From: Synechococcus sp.
GTDB taxonomy: Bacteria > Cyanobacteriota > Cyanobacteriia > Thermostichales > PCC-7336
Reading direction: 5' to 3'
DNA: 64,000 bases
Assembly (NCBI GenBank): GCA_051439605.1
Contig: JBFRWN010000098.1
Location: forward strand, 1 to 64,000
Shown here: in pieces, positions 61,601 to 64,000 of the stretch
Position numbering within the stretch: the stretch's first letter is position 1
Layout of the letters: each line of letters begins with the position of its first letter
Translations under genes and position numbers: made by a program
Notes under the pieces: generated by a model
What the model was told of the DNA's origin: nothing
The model's database searches: none
Seen by the model: the letters and a program-made list of their open reading frames with translations, nothing else

Positions 61601-61630
61601 GTAACTCCTTCCGAATTCGGAAGGAGTTAC
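61601..61630. repeat. 30-bp perfect palindrome B
   Basis: GTAACTCCTTCCGAA/TTCGGAAGGAGTTAC with no spacer. Confidence 0.9.
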
Positions 61631-61918
61631 CTTTATGAAGGTCAAAGACCTCCTTCTGCCAGGGTTCAATTAGATACGACAACCATCCTCTCAACCTCTA
61701 CAGACAGGGACAGAAAACTTGACATTACTAGAGCAACAACAGAGATCCCCAACTGTGGCAACACGAACGCGATGTTTAGGCTCGGCGATCGCCACAAAGA
61801 TTCAATAGTCCGCCAAAGAATAGCAGTACTATTTTTCTAGGGGTCGATCTCGACCATTGCTTTGCGATCTTTTTCGCAATCCGAGCTATCTCACAAGCGC
61901 TCTAGTCCCAGGCTCCCT

Positions 61919-63838
61919 ATGCAAGCTCCATCTCTACACCCACAAACTGTGGAAGAGGTGCGGCAAAAGGCCGACATTGTTGAGGTCATTGCCGAAAAAG
62001 TTGTCTTGCGCAAGCGGGGCAAAAATTTTGTCGGCCTCTGTCCATTCCATCAGGATCGTAAACCGAGTTTCTACGTCAGCCAACCCAAGCAAATCTACAA
62101 ATGCTTTTCTTGTGGCGAGGGGGGCGATGTCCTGCGTTTTGTAATGAAGCAAGACAACCTGTCGTTCAGCGAAGCTGTACTTCAGCTGGGCCAACGCTAC
62201 GGGGTTAGCATCCAAACGGCCTCTCCCGAGAAAAAGCGGCAGTACGAACAATTCGTCTCTCGTCAGGAGAAACTGTTCGAGATCCTCTACCTTGCCAGCG
62301 ATTTTTATCAGCACGTGCTACGCTCCCCGCAAGGGGAGGCCGCCCGCCGGTATCTTGAAGAGCGGCAAATCTCTATCGAAACGCAGCAGCAGTTTCAAAT
62401 TGGTTTTTCCCCAGCGGGCTGGCAGCCCCTGTACGAATATCTGGTGAACCAAAAGGGATTGCCCGTCAAGTTGCTGGAAGCCGCCGGATTGGTCTCCCCC
62501 CGCTCAAATGGCAATGGCTGGTACGATCGCTTCCGCCATCGCATCATGCTCCCCATTTTTGATGCCCGCGGGCGCACCATTGGCTTTGGGGGCAGAGCCA
62601 TGGGAGACGAGCAGCCCAAGTACCTCAACTCTCCGGAAACAGAACTTTTCGATAAAAGCCAAATCCTTTACGGTCTTAATTTCGCCAGAGAGGCAATTTC
62701 CAAGCAAGATCGGGCTCTGGTCGTCGAAGGATATTTTGATGTCATCGCTCTCCACCAAGCGGGGGTGAACGTGGCGGTTGCGGCGTTAGGGACGGCCCTG
62801 GGTACACAACAGGTCAAGCATCTACTGCGCTATAGCGAATCTAAACAGGTCATCTTAAACTTTGATGCCGATGCCGCTGGCGTGACAGCAGCGCAGCGAA
62901 CAATCGCTTCCCTCAAAGACTTAGCGCGTCGTGGAGACGTTCAACTGCGCATTCTAACCATTCCGGAGGGGAAGGATGCCGATGAATTTTTGCGTACCCA
63001 CAGTAAGGAAGCCTACGAATCCCTGCTCGAGGAGTCACCGCTATGGGTGGACTGGACCATCGAGCAAACATTGGTCGCGAAACACCTGTCAAACCCCGTT
63101 CACTTTCAACAAGCCAGTCAAGAGGTGGTGCGCATTCTGTCAGATTTAACCGATACGATGATGCGCTCCCATTACATCCACCATGCGGCTGAACTTCTCA
63201 GCCGTGGGGATGGCCGGCTGGCGCTGCGACTCGAGGAAGAATTGCGCCGTAACGTCCGCACCTATCGTTGGCGAGGTAAAGACACCAAAGTTGCAGAGCG
63301 ATCGGGGAAGTTACAAACTTCAGAATCTCAGTTGCTGCAGATTTACCTGCATTTCAGCGAACATCGCCACTATATCCGCGACAAGATGGCTGATCGCGAA
63401 CTGCAATTTAACCTGGCCCACCACCGCACCCTTTGGCGTAAGATTCTCGACTTGCTCACTCACGAGCCAGGGATTGAGGAGCGTGCGGACGATCTCCTCA
63501 ACTCCCTGCGTGCCAGCTGTGCCCACGACGAACAAATGAATCAACAACTGAGTCACCTCTTGTGGTTGGATGAAAATACTCGGGTGGCACTCATGCGTCC
63601 AAAGATGGTGGTGCGGGCGGCGATCGCCAATATGGAGCTAGAAATCTGCCAAAAACGATATCGATATTGGACGCAACTCTGGGACAAAGCCTATCAGGAT
63701 GGAGACACCGATTTAGCGCGCGTATACCAAAGCCATATTCACTCAGAGCATCAAAAAATTCAGCAACTCCAAAAAGCCGTTCAACTCACGTTTGAAGAAC
63801 TCGTGCAGGCTCCATTATTTGAAAACCAGCTGCCTTAA
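61919..63838 (+). CDS. dnaG: DNA primase
   Basis: Zinc ligands CPFH..CFSC, DRFRHRIMLPI, FGGR, KYLNSPET, VEGYFDV and FDADAAG. ATG at 61919. Confidence 0.97.
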   Translation: MQAPSLHPQTVEEVRQKADIVEVIAEKVVLRKRGKNFVGLCPFHQDRKPSFYVSQPKQIYKCFSCGEGGDVLRFVMKQDNLSFSEAVLQLGQRYGVSIQTASPEKKRQYEQFVSRQEKLFEILYLASDFYQHVLRSPQGEAARRYLEERQISIETQQQFQIGFSPAGWQPLYEYLVNQKGLPVKLLEAAGLVSPRSNGNGWYDRFRHRIMLPIFDARGRTIGFGGRAMGDEQPKYLNSPETELFDKSQILYGLNFAREAISKQDRALVVEGYFDVIALHQAGVNVAVAALGTALGTQQVKHLLRYSESKQVILNFDADAAGVTAAQRTIASLKDLARRGDVQLRILTIPEGKDADEFLRTHSKEAYESLLEESPLWVDWTIEQTLVAKHLSNPVHFQQASQEVVRILSDLTDTMMRSHYIHHAAELLSRGDGRLALRLEEELRRNVRTYRWRGKDTKVAERSGKLQTSESQLLQIYLHFSEHRHYIRDKMADRELQFNLAHHRTLWRKILDLLTHEPGIEERADDLLNSLRASCAHDEQMNQQLSHLLWLDENTRVALMRPKMVVRAAIANMELEICQKRYRYWTQLWDKAYQDGDTDLARVYQSHIHSEHQKIQQLQKAVQLTFEELVQAPLFENQLP

Positions 63839-64000
63839 CCGGTGATTCCGCAGATACATCAGAAAAGGTATGTGAAACCTAACGCTTCAGACTTTTTCGA
63901 AATCGCGGAGATGCCGCCAAAAATACAGGCCAGAGAGCAACAATGACCCAACGACCAGCTCCTTGGTAAGTCCTGCGGGTGTTTCGGGCTGTCATGTAGC

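Larger units (their letters stand above)
1..64000. repeat. HIP1 octamer GCGATCGC dispersed throughout the window
   Basis: Dozens of copies (e.g. 620-627, 1002-1009, 1761-1768), against about one expected by chance for an 8-mer in 64 kb. HIP1 over-representation is an established cyanobacterial signature. Confidence 0.95.

Noticed and set aside
1..64000. CRISPR array, rRNA, tRNA, prophage or defence genes
   Set aside because: No regularly spaced repeats, RNA-gene signatures or corresponding proteins were seen.

Overview
A 64-kb chromosomal window from a cyanobacterium: the HIP1 octamer GCGATCGC recurs throughout, and psbI, psb30, psbU and a CpcS/U-family bilin lyase are present. Most of it is core genome: recJ, purT, an RluA-family gene, puuE, a Ycf46-like AAA ATPase, bioY, trmB-alr-pip, fur, a BCP peroxiredoxin, a VanY-like peptidase, fmt, rsmB, typA, def, mutS2, plsY, a ComF-family gene, argD, lysA-cdaA-uppS, ruvX-DUF3727-mltG-yqeG and dnaG. 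The main accessory or unexplained content is: (i) a complete stand-alone six-gene ebo cluster (eboABCDEF) with no scytonemin genes in view; (ii) an apparently intact IS630-family element with TA duplication, inside an insertion hotspot bracketed by two related 30-bp palindromes that differ by compensatory changes; (iii) three copies of a ~120-135-bp MITE-like repeat with short terminal inverted repeats; (iv) a gene-free stretch at 38.6-39.4 kb holding a 26-codon ORF with a 10-nt Shine-Dalgarno match and a structured 3' tail, plus a possible convergent sRNA; (v) an unannotated acidic 54-aa ORF; (vi) a protein fusing MshEN-like repeats to an FHA domain; (vii) a FurA homolog lacking both CxxC motifs. 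I found no CRISPR array, rRNA or tRNA. All calls come from reading motifs by eye; no database search was run.
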